From NCBI GenBank assembly GCA_963693365.1, contig CAVNZM010000002.1, forward strand, positions 16,277,615 to 16,341,614: DNA of 64,000 nucleotides. The letters are read 5' to 3'. The notes below the pieces were generated by a model, which ran no database searches, had not been told where the DNA came from, and was given only the letters and a program-made list of their open reading frames with translations. This stretch comes from Amoebidium appalachense. Its lineage: Eukaryota > Protista > Ichthyosporea. A program made the position numbers and the translations under genes. How positions within the stretch are numbered: position 1 is the first letter of the stretch; each line of letters begins with the position of its first letter. Shown here piece after piece: positions 25,768-55,533 of this stretch.

Positions 25768-26035
25768 ACCCACCCACCCACCCACCCACCCACCCACAAC
25801 ACACACCCACACGTACACGTACAGTGTTGATGCGACTGTGACCACTGGGCTAGGGCGTCTGATCAACCACGGCAAGAGCCAGGCCAACCTGGTCAGTCGG
25901 GTGGTGGAGGTGGATGGCCTACCCAGGCTCAGTTTCTTTGCACGTGATACGATCGTGCCCGGCACAGAGTTGCTCTATGACTATGGGGATAGACGCAAGG
26001 ATGCGGTGAAAGTGTACCCGTGGCTTGCACAGTGA
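21458..26035 (+). CDS. KMT5A: Histone H4K20 monomethyltransferase SETD8/KMT5A (PR-Set7)
   Basis: Exons 21458-21502 (start uncertain), 21859-22382, 23321-23495 (PIP-degron-like QTTMVEHFDVRKSTRR), 24165-24224, 24702-24892 (GKGRGVRAT..F.RGDFVCEYYGDLI..YAADPSYGCYMYY), 25825-26035 (CVDAT..LGRLINH..GTELLYDYGDRRK..YPWL). Closely matches the SETD8 SET domain. Confidence 0.95.
22811..23130 (+). mobile_element. 5'-truncated subfamily B element (22811-23033), directly followed by a second diverged 3' fragment (23034-~23130)
   Basis: Starts right after a poly-C run at AAACAGTATCTGAGTTGGG and ends GCATTCAAA + ~40 C. The following ~90 bp is another degenerate 3' end (GTGTACGTCGTACCTTAAAATGCAATATAACC + C-run). 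Confidence 0.85.
25124..25313. mobile_element. MITE-like element with ~37-bp terminal inverted repeats, in a SETD8 intron
   Basis: TTTGCATTGATATTTGTCACCAATCAGCGCAAGGCAG (25124) vs CTGCTTTGCGCTGATTGGTGACAAAATTCAATGCAAA (25272-25308). Right end reads TA|CAGTA on the minus strand (Tc1/mariner-like). Confidence 0.75.
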
Positions 26036-26660
26036 AAGTGTGCACTCGTTTATGACTACCATGCAGGTGCATTAGCGTGTTTAATCTTGCTTCCTTCCCC
26101 TTGACTTACCAATGGTGTGCTTGTGTTGATGTTTTAGATGTTGTTCCCTTTCGTTGCTAACTCTGTTTCTAATTAGTTGGGCCGTAAGAGATTGTGCCGT
26201 CATAGATTGTGTTGTAGGGTCGTTGCATCGGTCAGTTGGGTGGCTAGTTCTAGGTGTTTTTGAATTGGATGGCATTCTTTTGTTGCATTTTGTACTCGGA
26301 GAGCTTACCCTTTGCACGCATGATCAGCACACATGGCATGCAAAGGGATTGCGATTCAAGGTTGCGAGTTTGTCGATGTGATAGAGTATCAAGATCCATA
26401 ATTCTGCACGTATATACCATAGTGTTGAACACATACACGCACACACACCCTCGCGCGTGCACGATTCACTGGGCGGCAGTAAGTAGACTAATCATACAGC
26501 CTACAACATAAAATGGTTGATATTTTAACCCCTTACTGTAACACGATTATAGCTGCATTTATTTCCTAATGTTGAGGCACCGTACACGTGGGTAGAGTTT
26601 GTAGCAAGCACGTGGTCCGGGCTGTATCGGGCCAGTGATTGCATATCGGGTCGAATTGGG

Positions 26661-27556
26661 TCAGACGGGTGTGGGAGCCTTCTTCAGGGCTACCTCTTGT
26701 CTTTGTGTGGTTGTGGCGGCAATAAATGAGCTCACAGCCCTGTACTTTCAGTTATTGGCAGTTGGCAATGCGGGCCTGAAGCAGTTGAACTTCACCGCCA
26801 CATGTACGCAAAGTTCTGACATATACAGAGGCCGTAAGGCTTCAGCAACAACAACAACAACAACAACCCCCCCCCCCAACCGCCTGGTTCTCAGAGGCTC
26901 CTCCGCGCGTCTAGCTTAGACTGTTTGAATTCAAACGCGGGGGGAGGGGGTGGGGGGTGTTATTATAATATGATTATTTTCTTGAAGCCTTGGGAATCAT
27001 TTATTCAGCGAAAGCAAAAAATCTTCGCAGTTATTCTACTAACTGACATAACTATGCAGAAAAATCCTGCAAAAGCAGATTCATTCTGCTAGGAGAATTA
27101 TTCTGCTTAGAGCAAGTTCTGCAGCAACGCTAGCGAGCAAAATATATAAACGTCAACAATTCTGCTTTCTGCAAAAGAATTCTGACTTTTGCAGAACAAT
27201 TCTATTCTTTGCAGAATACTATGCGCAGAGCTCGAATGATTCTGTTTTGAGCAGAATAATTCTGGGGAGTTCTGCTTTTGCTGAATAATTCTGCTTGATT
27301 TGCAGAAGCAGAATAATTCTGTTGCGCAATTTAATTTGGCTCGGGTTCGGAGCAAATTAATTCTGCTGATGTCACACAGGCTGGGCTGCATGGGCCCCCA
27401 CATATCGCCACCAATGCACACATACGGGCACATGTCGAGCAAGATATCTCTGGTGTCAAAAGAAATGAAAAATTCTGAAGTAACAGTTGAAGGACCAGGT
27501 GGTGCTGGGGAGTTCTTTAGGGGGGGCGGGGAGGCCCCAGGAGGGGGGATCCGGGT

Positions 27557-27595
<39 letters not shown>

Positions 27596-27668
27596 GCACG
27601 GGGGCTCCGAGCGGACTAGCGCAGTCATGAGGGAGCGCTCTAGCCGTGGCGGGACCTCGGGCCCCCGG

Positions 27669-27712
<44 letters not shown>

Positions 27713-28537
27713 CACACTGCCGGGGGTCACCTTGGGGAGAGAGGGGCCCGCCACCCCCCTGAGCAGGTGGATCAGGGATTGAGAGGGGCTACGAGGGGAT
27801 CCGGATACCGCGAAGGCCCCCCTCCCCCCCCCCCCCCCCCCCCCTCCCCCCTCCCTCCCCTCCTTCCCCGCCCCCCCCCCCCACCCCCCCCCTCCCCGCC
27901 CCTTCGAGCTCTCCCGCGGCCTTCCCCTCCCCCTCCCCCCCCTCCCCCCCTCCCCCACAGCTACATTTCATGACTTCAAAGCCATATATTCCGTGGCTCT
28001 AGATCTGTAGGGCCCAACCACATCGGCAGAGTCAACTTGCAAAATACAGAATTATTCTGCAAAAGCAGAAATATTCTGTAAAAAGCGGAGTTATCCTGCA
28101 AAAAGCGGAATCATTCTGCAAAAAGCAGAATTATTCTGCAAAACCAGAATCAATCTGCTTTTAGAAGAATTATTCCGCAAAAATCAGAACTATTCTGCTT
28201 CGGAATCCGCGGCCGACAGCAGGAATTATTCTGCAAAAAGCAGAATTGTTCTGCAAAAGCAGACATATTCCGGTAAAAGCAGAATTATCCCGCTGTCGAA
28301 AGCAGAATAATCATGCAGAATTACTCTACTGTTGAAAACAGAATAATGATTATTCTGTTTTCGACAGCAGATACTTCTGCTTTTTGCAGAAGCATTCTGC
28401 TCGGAGCAAGTTGACTCAGCCGATGTGGTTGGGCCGTATCTGACGGTCGGTATTAGAACTGACATGGCGTTTCGGGGGCATACACTGTGTGTGTGTGTAC
28501 GCACATGTGGTGGTGATTTTGTTTATTTGGTGTGTAT

Positions 28538-28620
<83 letters not shown>

Positions 28621-28658
28621 ACGGTGTGTGTGTGTGTCACGGTGTGTGTGTGTGTCAT

Positions 28659-28717
<59 letters not shown>

Positions 28718-28753
28718 CGGTCTGTGTGTGTGTTGTGTGTGTGTGTGTGTGTG

Positions 28754-28794
<41 letters not shown>

Positions 28795-28929
28795 CGGTCT
28801 GTGTGTGTGTTGTGTGTGTGTGTGTGTGTGACTGTGTGTGTGTGTGTGACTGTGTGCCAACTGTGTGCATGTGTGTGTATGTGTGTGTGTGTGTATGTGT
28901 GTGCGTGTGTGTCTGTGTGTGTGAGTGAC

Positions 28930-28983
<54 letters not shown>

Positions 28984-29749
28984 TGTGTGTCTCTGTGTGT
29001 GTGTGTGTGTTTGTGTTGGGGGGAGGGGGTGGGGTGGGGAGGGGGAGGGGGGAGAGGGACCAGCGAATTTTGGCCAATGTGCACGTCACGGGATCCGACA
29101 GTATCACTTGCCGTGAGTCGGGTGCATACATATGCATATGAGAGAAAAGGCAGGAACCCAGCTGCTGCAGCACTGCGCCTGTATAGACGACCCGCGCTAA
29201 TGACGTCACTCATTGAGAAGGGAGTCAAGCGATCGGTGACTCCCTTCGCGGGGGAGAAGGGGGAGGGGGGGGGGGGGGAGGGGGGGGTCTGGGGCCCCGG
29301 CCCCGGGGGGAGAGGGGAGGGGGGGGGGGGGGGGGGGGGGGGGGAGGCAGGACTGGCTTTGTTTCGACGACCTACTTAGCAGGGCTTCTAGACCCAGACC
29401 GATTTTTTTTTTTTTTTTTTTGGGGGGGGGGGTGGGGAAAGGATAATAAGCCGCTGGGGGGGGAGTAACAGAGCTCGAGAGGGATAGGTTCCGAAGGCGG
29501 TGATTGATGAGCCACGGTAGTGTACATTATGATAGATTGTTGTTTAAATTTGTGTGTCAGTGCTCATTTCTATGTATTTGTATTCGATTTTCTCAGACTG
29601 TTGTGTGTGATATACTACGGGCACGTGTACGTGTGTGTGTGACACCACCCATGGGGGAAGGGGAGGAAGGGACCCGGTGTGGAAGTGAGGGAGGCGCATG
29701 TGCAGGCACAACGCATACGGTTTGCAGGTCAGACACATGAGGGGAATAC

Positions 29750-29782
<33 letters not shown>

Positions 29783-30359
29783 CAGTCTGTGTGTGTGTGT
29801 GTGTGTGCGCAGTAAGTGCAAGAATTTGTGTACCATGATATCATTAATGTTTCATGCGTATGTCTGGGGTGTCTTTGATTATGTGTGTGAGCTCGTGTGT
29901 CTGTGTGTGTGTGCACGTTTCATACACATGATGTGTTACAGGGTGTGTGTGTAACACCGTCGACGTCTGTGTGTGTATTATAATATTTGTATTACTACTG
30001 TTATTTCACCTTGGATGCTGCACACACAATCACTCCCCCCCCCCCCCCCCCCCCCCCCCGGCCCCGGCCATAACCTTCTACCTACAAACATGGCATTACC
30101 CACAGTCACGTACGGTGGAGGGGAAGGACGTGGGGGAGGTTTAAATGCGTTACAGAGTACGCAGTACATACACGACCGTTAACACAACACGGGGGGTGGG
30201 GGGGGAGGGGGATGTCACCCACGCATGTGCACACATACTCAACCACGCACACGAGGGAACACCCAGACTTGAGCTAGTTGTCACCTGTGTGTGTCTGCAT
30301 ATGCAGCATACTCTTGGCTGTGTACACAGAAATGAGATAGAAAGCATGCAAAATCTGAG
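26661..30359 (-). CDS. Tentative 3' part of an uncharacterised multi-exon gene; may extend up to ~33650
   Basis: Phase-compatible exons 30359-30285, 29178-29112 (GC donor), 27449-27378, 26739-26661 give QILHAFYLISVYTAKSMLHMQTHTGAVLQQLGSCLFSHMHMYAPDSRDILLDMCPYVCIGGDMWGPMQPSLAVSSFIAATTTQRQEVALKKAPTPV*. No recognised homology. Confidence 0.35.
26995..27370. repeat. Array of short palindromic GCAGAA(T/N)AATTCTGC units; degenerate relative of the 28010 MITE
   Basis: Repeated ATTCTGC/GCAGAAT motifs in both orientations, the same internal motif as 28040-28400; clear TIRs not seen. Confidence 0.65.
28010..28436. mobile_element. MITE with ~30-bp TIRs, TA flanks and internal palindromic repeat array
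   Basis: GGCCCAACCACATCGGCAGAGTCAACTTGC (28011) vs GCAAGTTGACTCAGCCGATGTGGTTGGGCC (to 28435). TA at 28008-9 and 28437-8. Interior is tandem AAAGCAGAATTATTCTGC-like units. Confidence 0.85.
30132..30191 (-). mobile_element. Short degenerate 3' fragment of the poly(C)-tailed element
   Basis: Minus strand GTGTATGTACTGCGTACTCTGTAACGCATTTAAACCTCCCCC matches the element 3' end. Confidence 0.55.
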
Positions 30360-30856
30360 CTGTACCATATCAATTGACTCTCCATCCGAATCCTACCCCC
30401 CCCCCCCCCCCCCCCCCCCCCCTCCCCCACCCTTCCCCTTTTCCCTCCACGGTGCGTGCGGTGTCACACGAACGATTACTTACGGGGGCACAAAAATGTA
30501 CTGCACTCCATAAGTGAATATTCGCCTTTAGTAAAGCAAGGAACGGGGTAGTCTAGAACGCCAGATCTAGATTTTAGTTAGACCGGGGAGAGTCTCGAAG
30601 AGGCCGTGAGGAAAGAGGGGGAGGAGGGGTAGGGGAGGGGGGGGTTTGCATGCAGGTGGTGGCTTGGAGGAGCCTCTAACTCCATCACAGTGAGGGGAAG
30701 GTAAGGGGGTGGTATTTGGCTGGAGGGCAAACTCCCGCCCCCTGGGGGCAACACCCAGGGGGGGGGGGGGGGGGGGGGGGGGGGAATAGCCCGCTCCAAC
30801 TTGCCCCCGGCCACTTCCCCGTCTGAGATCCTACACTCCCTTGTGAAGGAATGTGA

Positions 30857-30910
<54 letters not shown>

Positions 30911-32464
30911 GGGGGCGGGGGAGGGGGGGGGGGGGGGGGGGGGGGGGGAGGGGGGGAGGGGGTAAAATATTGGACTAGGAAGTGTACCTTGAGAGTCCTT
31001 GATGCAAAGGCATAGATGTGCATGGGTGGTATCGGTGCCCTGTGGGGGTCCCCAGGGGGGAGGGGGGAGGGGGGAGGGATGATGGGTAGAGGGGGGAGGG
31101 GAAGGGGCGGACAGAGGGGGGGAAGGGGGTGGGTGGGTGGGTTTGGGGGGGGGGGGGGTGGGGGGGTTCGTTGGCCCACTGGTGAGCCTGCACGTGATAA
31201 GCAACATGCAGAGAGCTTTGGTCGGTGCTCTAAACGATGATGAGTGGGTGGCATGAGGTGCGGTGTGCTAGAACGCACTCAGGCTGGAGCCTATATGTGT
31301 GTGTTGAGGAAGAGAAAGGGGGGGTCGAGGGGGGGGAAGGGGGGGAGGGGGGGGGGGAGGGGGTAAAGGTCATGGTGGGCGCTGCAAATATATGTTTGCT
31401 GGGACAAGCTTAAGGAGTGTACTCTGATTGACACTTACGGGAAGTGCAGGACAATGGAGTAAACTTGTGTGTATACACACGCGCCTCAACGCAGGCGGGT
31501 AAGAGGTGTGGAACGTTAAGGGTAAGCCAGAGAGGGGTGATAGGGGATCTCAGACCGTACAGAGGGCGGGCTGCCTGCTTCGAGACGAGGTGCAGATGAT
31601 GGGGAGGAAGGAAACACGAACCATTCAGTGGTGTGCCACTTGCACGTATGGCTCATCCTGGCTGTTAATATGCACCACATACCAGGATAAAAAATTGCTT
31701 TTACCTAATAATCGTACAAACGACGGCAAACTCGTGATGCTTTAATAGCTTGAAAATCGTCTGTGTTTGCTTAATAGGTTCAGTTGTGGGCACCCTGTCG
31801 GCGGCAAGTTGCTTAGAAAAGCCTACTACACTCCGGTGCTTGGGAGCTAAAAGGAATACATACGCACAAACAGCACAGCTGAGTAAATATTTCATTTAGC
31901 TCGACTATAGTTCCACCGGTTTCCACAAGTTCAGCGAGCGAGTTTTTGTTTGCAAGCTGCTGGGGTGTTACTACTCCGTCTCGTTCGACTGTCTTGACTC
32001 CCTTCTCGGACCGAAGGTGCATGAATATTTACTGCATAACTCTCAGAAGTTCCAAGTGTACGTGCACTGTGTGGGTGACGGAGCGCAAGATGCGTAGTAC
32101 ATGTACGGGTGGGCGAGGCACGTGGCTCACTGTTACGTAATTTTTGGACGGGTAGCCATGGACAGATGGAAGTGTTGCACTGTGTGTGTGCGCGAAAGTC
32201 GGTGAAGACATGTACAGAGGTACTCTTACACACACATGGCACACACATCCTGGTCTCATTGCGCTGGTCATTGAACCCATTAAGATTGTGCACAAATACC
32301 ACAAAAAGTAACCATGCAACCAGGATTGATAGTTGTCTCGAACAGTCTCGGCTGTCTGTAAATATTTCACCTCAACATAAGTCACAGCCCAAAACATGGC
32401 TGAGGCAACCGTGCCTCTCGTGAGGTCTTTGAGCCTCAACGGCTGCTTCCTCCTCCCCAGTAAT

Positions 32465-32499
<35 letters not shown>

Positions 32500-33095
32500 C
32501 CGCCCCCTTCCCGGCCCGCCCCTAGCCTCCTACTCTGACAGAGTAAGAGGCCTTGATTAGCAGGGCTTACCTCACGCCCCTAAGCCTTGCCCCCCCCCCC
32601 CCCCCCCCCCGCCCCTTCCATCCCCGCTGGCCCACCCTCTTTCCTCTTTCCCATCTTCCCGTCCTCCTTTACTCATCTATCGGTGCCCCTTTCCTTACTT
32701 CCCGATTGCAGAGGTTGCCATGTGCTCTCATGATACCTCACTCCGCCCGTTGCTCTCCTTTTCGCCCCTTTACTAAATCCACCCTTGTTTGAGCGCTCAT
32801 TTGCCTCAGCTGGCTGCCTTCTGCCTAAACACGTCATGTTTGTATAATCACCCTTGCATTCCCAAATGTCGGCTCCAATGTGTAACTAAGCACACAAACC
32901 AGTGAACCTGCAACCATACCAGCTATTTTCTTCCCTTTACCCCCCTCCCTTCCCCCTCCTGCCCGCCCTCCGTGCTTGTCCTCCGTTTCTCTCTCTCACA
33001 CTCTCTCTCCCTTCCCCCCCCCCTGTCCCCTCCTCCCCCCTTCTCTGACTCCCCCCCTCCCCGCCCCCTCTCCGCCCCCTCCCCCCCACTCCCCT

Positions 33096-33126
<31 letters not shown>

Positions 33127-33263
33127 CCCTCCCTCCCTCCATCCCCCTGCCTGTCCCCATCCCGACGTCCCTTTTTTCGTTTCGAGCGCCACCACCCCGA
33201 AGTCAGCTATCCCTGTGTGGAAGAACACTTTAATCCCCTCATCCCCCTCCCCCTCCCCGGCAG

Positions 33264-33308
<45 letters not shown>

Positions 33309-33661
33309 TGGCACAAGAAAAAAAAAACAAAAAAAAAAAACCTAAACCCAGCACCACCTCAACCTTCCCCCCAACTTGTAGTCCTCGTGGAGGTGTGTGT
33401 GCATGGGAACACTGGGGATGGTTTGATCAGCTGAAATGGTTGGGGTTGTGTGTGTGTGTGGGGGGGGGGGGGTGGGGGGGGAGGTTTGTTGTTGTATGTG
33501 CAGTCTAGAAAGTATTGCCTGACATGCTGTAGTCCTCGCAAGCACCGTGCAATCCTATGTTATATGCTAGCACCATAGGGTTAGTTGTCTTTCACATTAA
33601 ATAAATGATATATAAATAACCTGTAAGTATAATAAATAATAAATTTACACTCACCACCTGA

Positions 33662-35496
<1,835 letters not shown>

Positions 35497-36403
35497 GGAG
35501 AAGAGTAAGCGTAGGCGGTGGTATGTATCTATTTTTATACTGACGGTTTGCTACAAGGGGGGTTTTTTTTTGATTACTAGCAATATTGTACTACTTCTTT
35601 TTATCATCACACTGCGGGTCGTCCCATGCCACTGGCTCATAGCTCCACCCTGCATTCCCTGCCTGTCTGTCTCCTTCGGTTTTGCAACATATTTATATAA
35701 AACACAAACACTTACATGCACACACCCTTGCACACACAGACCGCTAGTTATGGCGCAGACACACACCACACACGTCATATGCATGGCTGCTACCTTTGGA
35801 GGTAGCTCTTATTTTTCAAGGCTGACAAAACTTTCCTTCCGAAGCTACTGATCACGCGCTAACTCATACCCTTGAAAAATAAGTTTATCATAGGGCGGCT
35901 GAGGCCACAGTTGCACGTGGCAGTATGCATGGGCATGATGAATAAGGAGATAACTGTTACAGTCCACTTTCGGAACCGCAGCTGCAATTTCCCTTCCGTG
36001 AAATATGATCAAGTCCAGCATCATTTTTTATTCTTAGTAGCTGAATCATAGTACATATATGATACCTGTGCACTGATTATTGTGAATAAATGACTACAAT
36101 ACAATGAATCAGTGATTTGCAGTACTCGTGCAACCAAAAGCACAAGTCAGCGCCCATATGGAATCCCCCCCCCCCACCCCCCCTCACCCCACCCCCACCC
36201 CACCCCCACCCCATCCTAACCAAGCCACAACACCGCCACCACCGCACATATACACACCTGCAGTGCACAACACAAGCATATGCATGGAAGTAATCGTGAC
36301 ATGCAACATTATAAAGCACTCGATTCGGACTTCGCACTCCTGTGCACAAATAAGTTACACACGCAGGCACGCCATGCATATGCGCGTGCACGCACAGAAA
36401 CAA

Positions 36404-36467
<64 letters not shown>

Positions 36468-36525
36468 TACACACGCACACACACAGCCATCATGTACAAA
36501 CCCAACGGTACTCGAACAGTGCCAG

Positions 36526-36570
<45 letters not shown>

Positions 36571-37268
36571 ACACCACCACCACCACCACCACCACCACCA
36601 CCACCACCACCAAAAAAAACAAACAAACAAACAAACAAACAGCACACACATGTATACGTACAAGGGCAAAATCACACAGAGACACACGCAAAGACACACC
36701 AAAATCACAAAAAACCCGAAGCCAGTCATCTCAAGAAAAAAACCAAATGGTCCATTTGGCAGTGCTCTCGAACAACGTCTACATATATACATGGCAGGCT
36801 TCACTGGTTAAGAAACCAGAAAAAGTAGATATACGAGAGATATATTGGTGCAAGTGTTAAAAAGATGCCGGTGTTAGGGTGAACAGACTATTGGCTCCCT
36901 AGATGACAATAAAGATAGGGGAATGTGAAAAGCCCAAAACCAACAGATTCAACTATTGTAGATAATTGGCTGTATCATTTGTTATCATTAGGCGACGACT
37001 GTGATTGGTGGCAATATAACCGTAGTTCTCGGATCCGGTCATCACACACCAAAAACAGAAAAAAGGCTCATGAACGTTTACACTGTCGAGAGAACTTGAG
37101 AATTTACATGAAGCACTTCATCATAAAAACTTATATTCCAGCTTCGTATATGCAGTTAACTGTAAAGGTTCATTTGTAGAGGGGCTACTCGTGGACGGAT
37201 GTGAAAAAGACCTGGCTGTTTTCAAGGTACCAAATCACACATTACGTCCCCGGTAGCCGTTTTCTGAT

Positions 37269-37340
37269 CATCTCTTGAAAGAAGCTCAAATTTTGGTCTT
37301 ACAGCATCTCTTGAAAGAAGCTCAAATTTTGGTCTTACAG
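37269..37340 (+). repeat. Perfect 36-bp tandem duplication
   Basis: CATCTCTTGAAAGAAGCTCAAATTTTGGTCTTACAG x2. Confidence 0.9.
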
Positions 37341-37814
37341 CTTCATCGCGGATACTTCGTATAAAGCGCTCTTGTTGGAGGGGAGGAAATGCACTGGGAA
37401 ATTCCCCAAGCACGAGTGACCGAAGATTACTTTGTGCTTGCACCTTAGCTTGGTTGTCTTCTTGCGTGTGTGCATGCGTGCGTCTGTCTATTTGCACGTG
37501 TGTCTGTCTGTCTCTGTGTGTGTGTCTGTGGGTGTGTGTGTGTGTCTGTGTATGCGTGCGTGTTTGTGGTTTATGGGGGTTTGGGAGGTAAGGAGGGGAA
37601 GGGGTGGAAAGGGAGGGGGGGATGGGGGCAGCGGGCAGAGTCATTGGCTTGGGCTCGTGGGTGCAATTGTGCCCGTGCTTACACCCGAAAGTCAAGGTTA
37701 CACAAGTTGGATTGCAAATTACTTTTGGTAGCCTGCTCTGGAGCCAGTAATCACATCTCACCATAGCCATCTTACTTCTTTATCCACATTATTTTTTACT
37801 TCTTTATCCGCACC

Positions 37815-37847
<33 letters not shown>

Positions 37848-38463
37848 GGGGGGGGAACGTGTGCACGACGTGTAAGTGCGTGTGTGTATACATGTGTGTT
37901 TGTGTGTGTCCCCGGGGGGGTTAGGGGGAGGTGGGGGAGGGGGGGGGAGGGGAGGGAGAGACGGAGGAGGGTACACGCATGAGCAGGCGCGTGGGCGTTT
38001 GCCAAACAACTAAAAGATAGGAGCGGAGTCCTTCGCCGGTGTATGAAGAGGAAGTGGGGGGGGGAAGGGGGGGGATTGAGTTTTGAAAGGGGCTCATACG
38101 ACTACTAGCACACATATAAGCTGGCTAGGGTAAAGAATTATTCTCCCCGAAAAGCCCCCAATACACACACCCACACATGCGCACACCCACAAACACGCGC
38201 ACACATGCTTAACGCACACGCACATGCACACGCACACGCACACACTCACCGATTATCCTGAGATCTCCAACTTCCCTTACTGCCCCATCCCTCCCCCTCT
38301 CTGCCCCCCCCTCCTCCCCCCCCCCCCCCCCTCCCAAAAAAAAAAAGTAAAAAAAACGATAATGGCAAAACACAAGCACCACACCGATCCCCCCCCCCCC
38401 CCCCCCCCCTTCCTCGCGCTCCCCAGCTCCTTTACTTATGGTTATTCCACAGCAGGGTTAAAG

Positions 38464-52753
<14,290 letters not shown>

Positions 52754-53007
52754 ACGTCACCAGAGGTCAAAGACCCGGTGGGGAGGAATACAAAGTCATC
52801 ACAACTTGAACACCAGTAGGAGCTCAAAAACTCAGTAGTGGCGAGTTAATATTTTTTTTATGCCCCCCCCCCCCCCCCCCCCCGGGGGGTCGGCCCTTTC
52901 TCCGTTCGATCTTTGTCTCTTTTATTTTCTTAGTGCTATTTTTAGTACGCGCTCATTGCAGGGACATTACAGAGGCGCCTAATTGCGTTTCAAGGATGTG
53001 CGTGTGT

Positions 53008-53059
<52 letters not shown>

Positions 53060-53388
53060 TAATGCCCTCTGAGCAATGATCACCTCAGTGTGGGGTGGTT
53101 ATGGCACCTATGGTCATAGATGAGGCCATACGCATAACATTATGTGCACTGTAAGTAAGCATTGCCCTGTAATGGGCCCTGTATTCGTGTACACGTGCTA
53201 GACAGTCTTCAGTCTCTAAAAGAAGAAATTGACTTACAGAGTGCGAACTTCTGCAGCCCACTGTTTTTGTGCAAGCTAGGGTTACATAGAATCATATGCA
53301 CCATGTCACTGCGTGTGTGCGATACTGCAAGCGTAGCTTATAGATCTAGATCTATATGCATGCATGTTGCTCATGTTACTGGGTTCCA

Positions 53389-53421
<33 letters not shown>

Positions 53422-55469
53422 CCGCCCCTCCGGGGGAGCACCCTCAGTCACACCTCCCCCTCCCCGCGACCTATTCACCATACGCGGAATTTTTTTGGAC
53501 GGGTGAAGCATCAAGTACCTCTAGCTGGCCTGCAGAATTCCTCTGAGTTCTAGTTTATTTACTTCTTTACCTACGGTAAAACCATTTACCTACGTGATTA
53601 CTTGACCAGAAGCACAGTCTGTCAGTTGAACTCTCATATGAAAGAAAGCAACAGCTAATAGTTGACATACGTATATGTGATGATGTCTTTAAAAGCCCCC
53701 CCATACTTGGGTGTTTACTGCAACAGCAACAGAAAGCAACCTACACAGTTGTGGATAACCATATGCATATGTATCTACCTGGGGATAATAAAAGTACACT
53801 ACTGGCAAGTTGACCCTCTGAATCAACAATATCTGTTATCACAAACGGTAGGCCTCGGGAATAAAAACAATAAATTGACAAGGCTTCCCTTGTTAGCCTG
53901 CTATGTCTTCCAAGCTTCATAGCCCTCTGCCTCTACAGTAACAGCGGCCTCAGTTGCCATACATATGCATGTAAATTTGGTTGTGTATCATAGCGGCAGC
54001 GCAGATTGCTTTTACAGTATGGGATCTGATCAATCTTGAGATGGGATCTTATCCTCGGCACTCATCGATTCGAGTCCAGGCATGTTCCCAACTGATTGGA
54101 TCTGGCTGATACTGCCGCCTTTTATAGGGGACAGTTCGCCGTGCGATTGTGGGACAACGCCGCTGCTTCCCGACCAACCATTTTGATTGGTCAGTAAGCA
54201 CGACTAACTACAGGGCGCGACTCCCGTAGTCTGTCCGACAATATACACAACCATGTTTACAGCGTGCAGCGCGCGCAACACGCACAGTCTCGAACAAGTG
54301 TGTCACTTACAGGTTTTGATAGGCAGTTACCTTTGCGCATGCCATGTTTCCGTGCCGTACATATAAGAAGTTTTTGCTTACCTGATATTCATGTTAACAC
54401 AGATGAAATCACAAAATAGAATGTAGATGTACATGTGTACATATACACATGTGCATCATGTGCATGCCTGACTGATCATGCATGTACCCATGATCGAATA
54501 GACTCTAGATCTACGCACATCATGTGCGCCGTGCGGGGTAGGGGCACGCACATCATGTGGGCCGTGGACGCCATGTCCCGTGTACTTATGACACATATAC
54601 ACATACATGTTGTGCCCACGCACGTAAGGTGCCCATTATGTACGTGAATATGTACGTGAAACTGGCCCATTGTCTCATTCAAGAGGCTGTGGAGCTCGTC
54701 TCTTGAGCACTCATGACAAAAGCCTCACGTTCGTTAGGTCTTACGTGAATTCGAACCTGACAGTGATATTCAAGAAAATAGGGGAGCCTTGTGTTCCGTT
54801 TTCCACGATTTGGAACCTGAATAGGCTATGGGATACAGAAACGATAGACATGCCTTGAAATTATTATTGTGAGAGTTTCGGAGGTTTCCCACGTGCTGCT
54901 CAGGATCTGACTGGTGCCGCTGCTTGGCGTATGCTCTCTGTACTGATGGACTGATACTGATGTACTGATATACCTTGCACACGTAGGGCTACCTTTATAA
55001 CTTAAGCTCCGTCGGAACGTATGGCAACGGTGTCCGAAATATGTCCACCATATCGCCAACCTCACCGATCCGCCGAGAATCGATCCAATCACATTATGTA
55101 CACCATGGGAATCTGCTTCTGATAGCAAATAGTGATTCGTGGCTGGAGCCAGCATATGGCCATGCAGCTTACAGGTCGCGCGACTCGCAGAAAGATAAAC
55201 ATTCCGAAGGGTGCTCTTACAGCCACTCAAAATGCACCAAATATACAGATGTGGAGCAAATGTGACAATGTCATATAAACGGCAGGCGGGGGCAGATTTT
55301 GGCTGGAATGAGACGAGAATTGCACAACATTGCCAAACGAGTCATGCCATGCTGCCAGGTGTGGCTGGCTTGTGCCCTGCCATGTTGCCTATACTGTAGT
55401 AACTGTACGGGGGCCGGCGCTTGGTTGAGCCGGGATTATGGGTCGAGAAAACATTTGCCACCTGTTCTA

Positions 55470-55533
<64 letters not shown>

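Noticed and set aside
26995-28436. CRISPR-like array of palindromic repeats
   Set aside because: Eukaryotic intron context, no unique spacers of regular length and no cas genes; explained as a MITE interior.
54826-55400. ORF with faint resemblance to a LINE C-terminal zinc-binding region (W...H...SPTC)
   Set aside because: The CxxC...H...C pattern is incomplete and no RT motifs are nearby.
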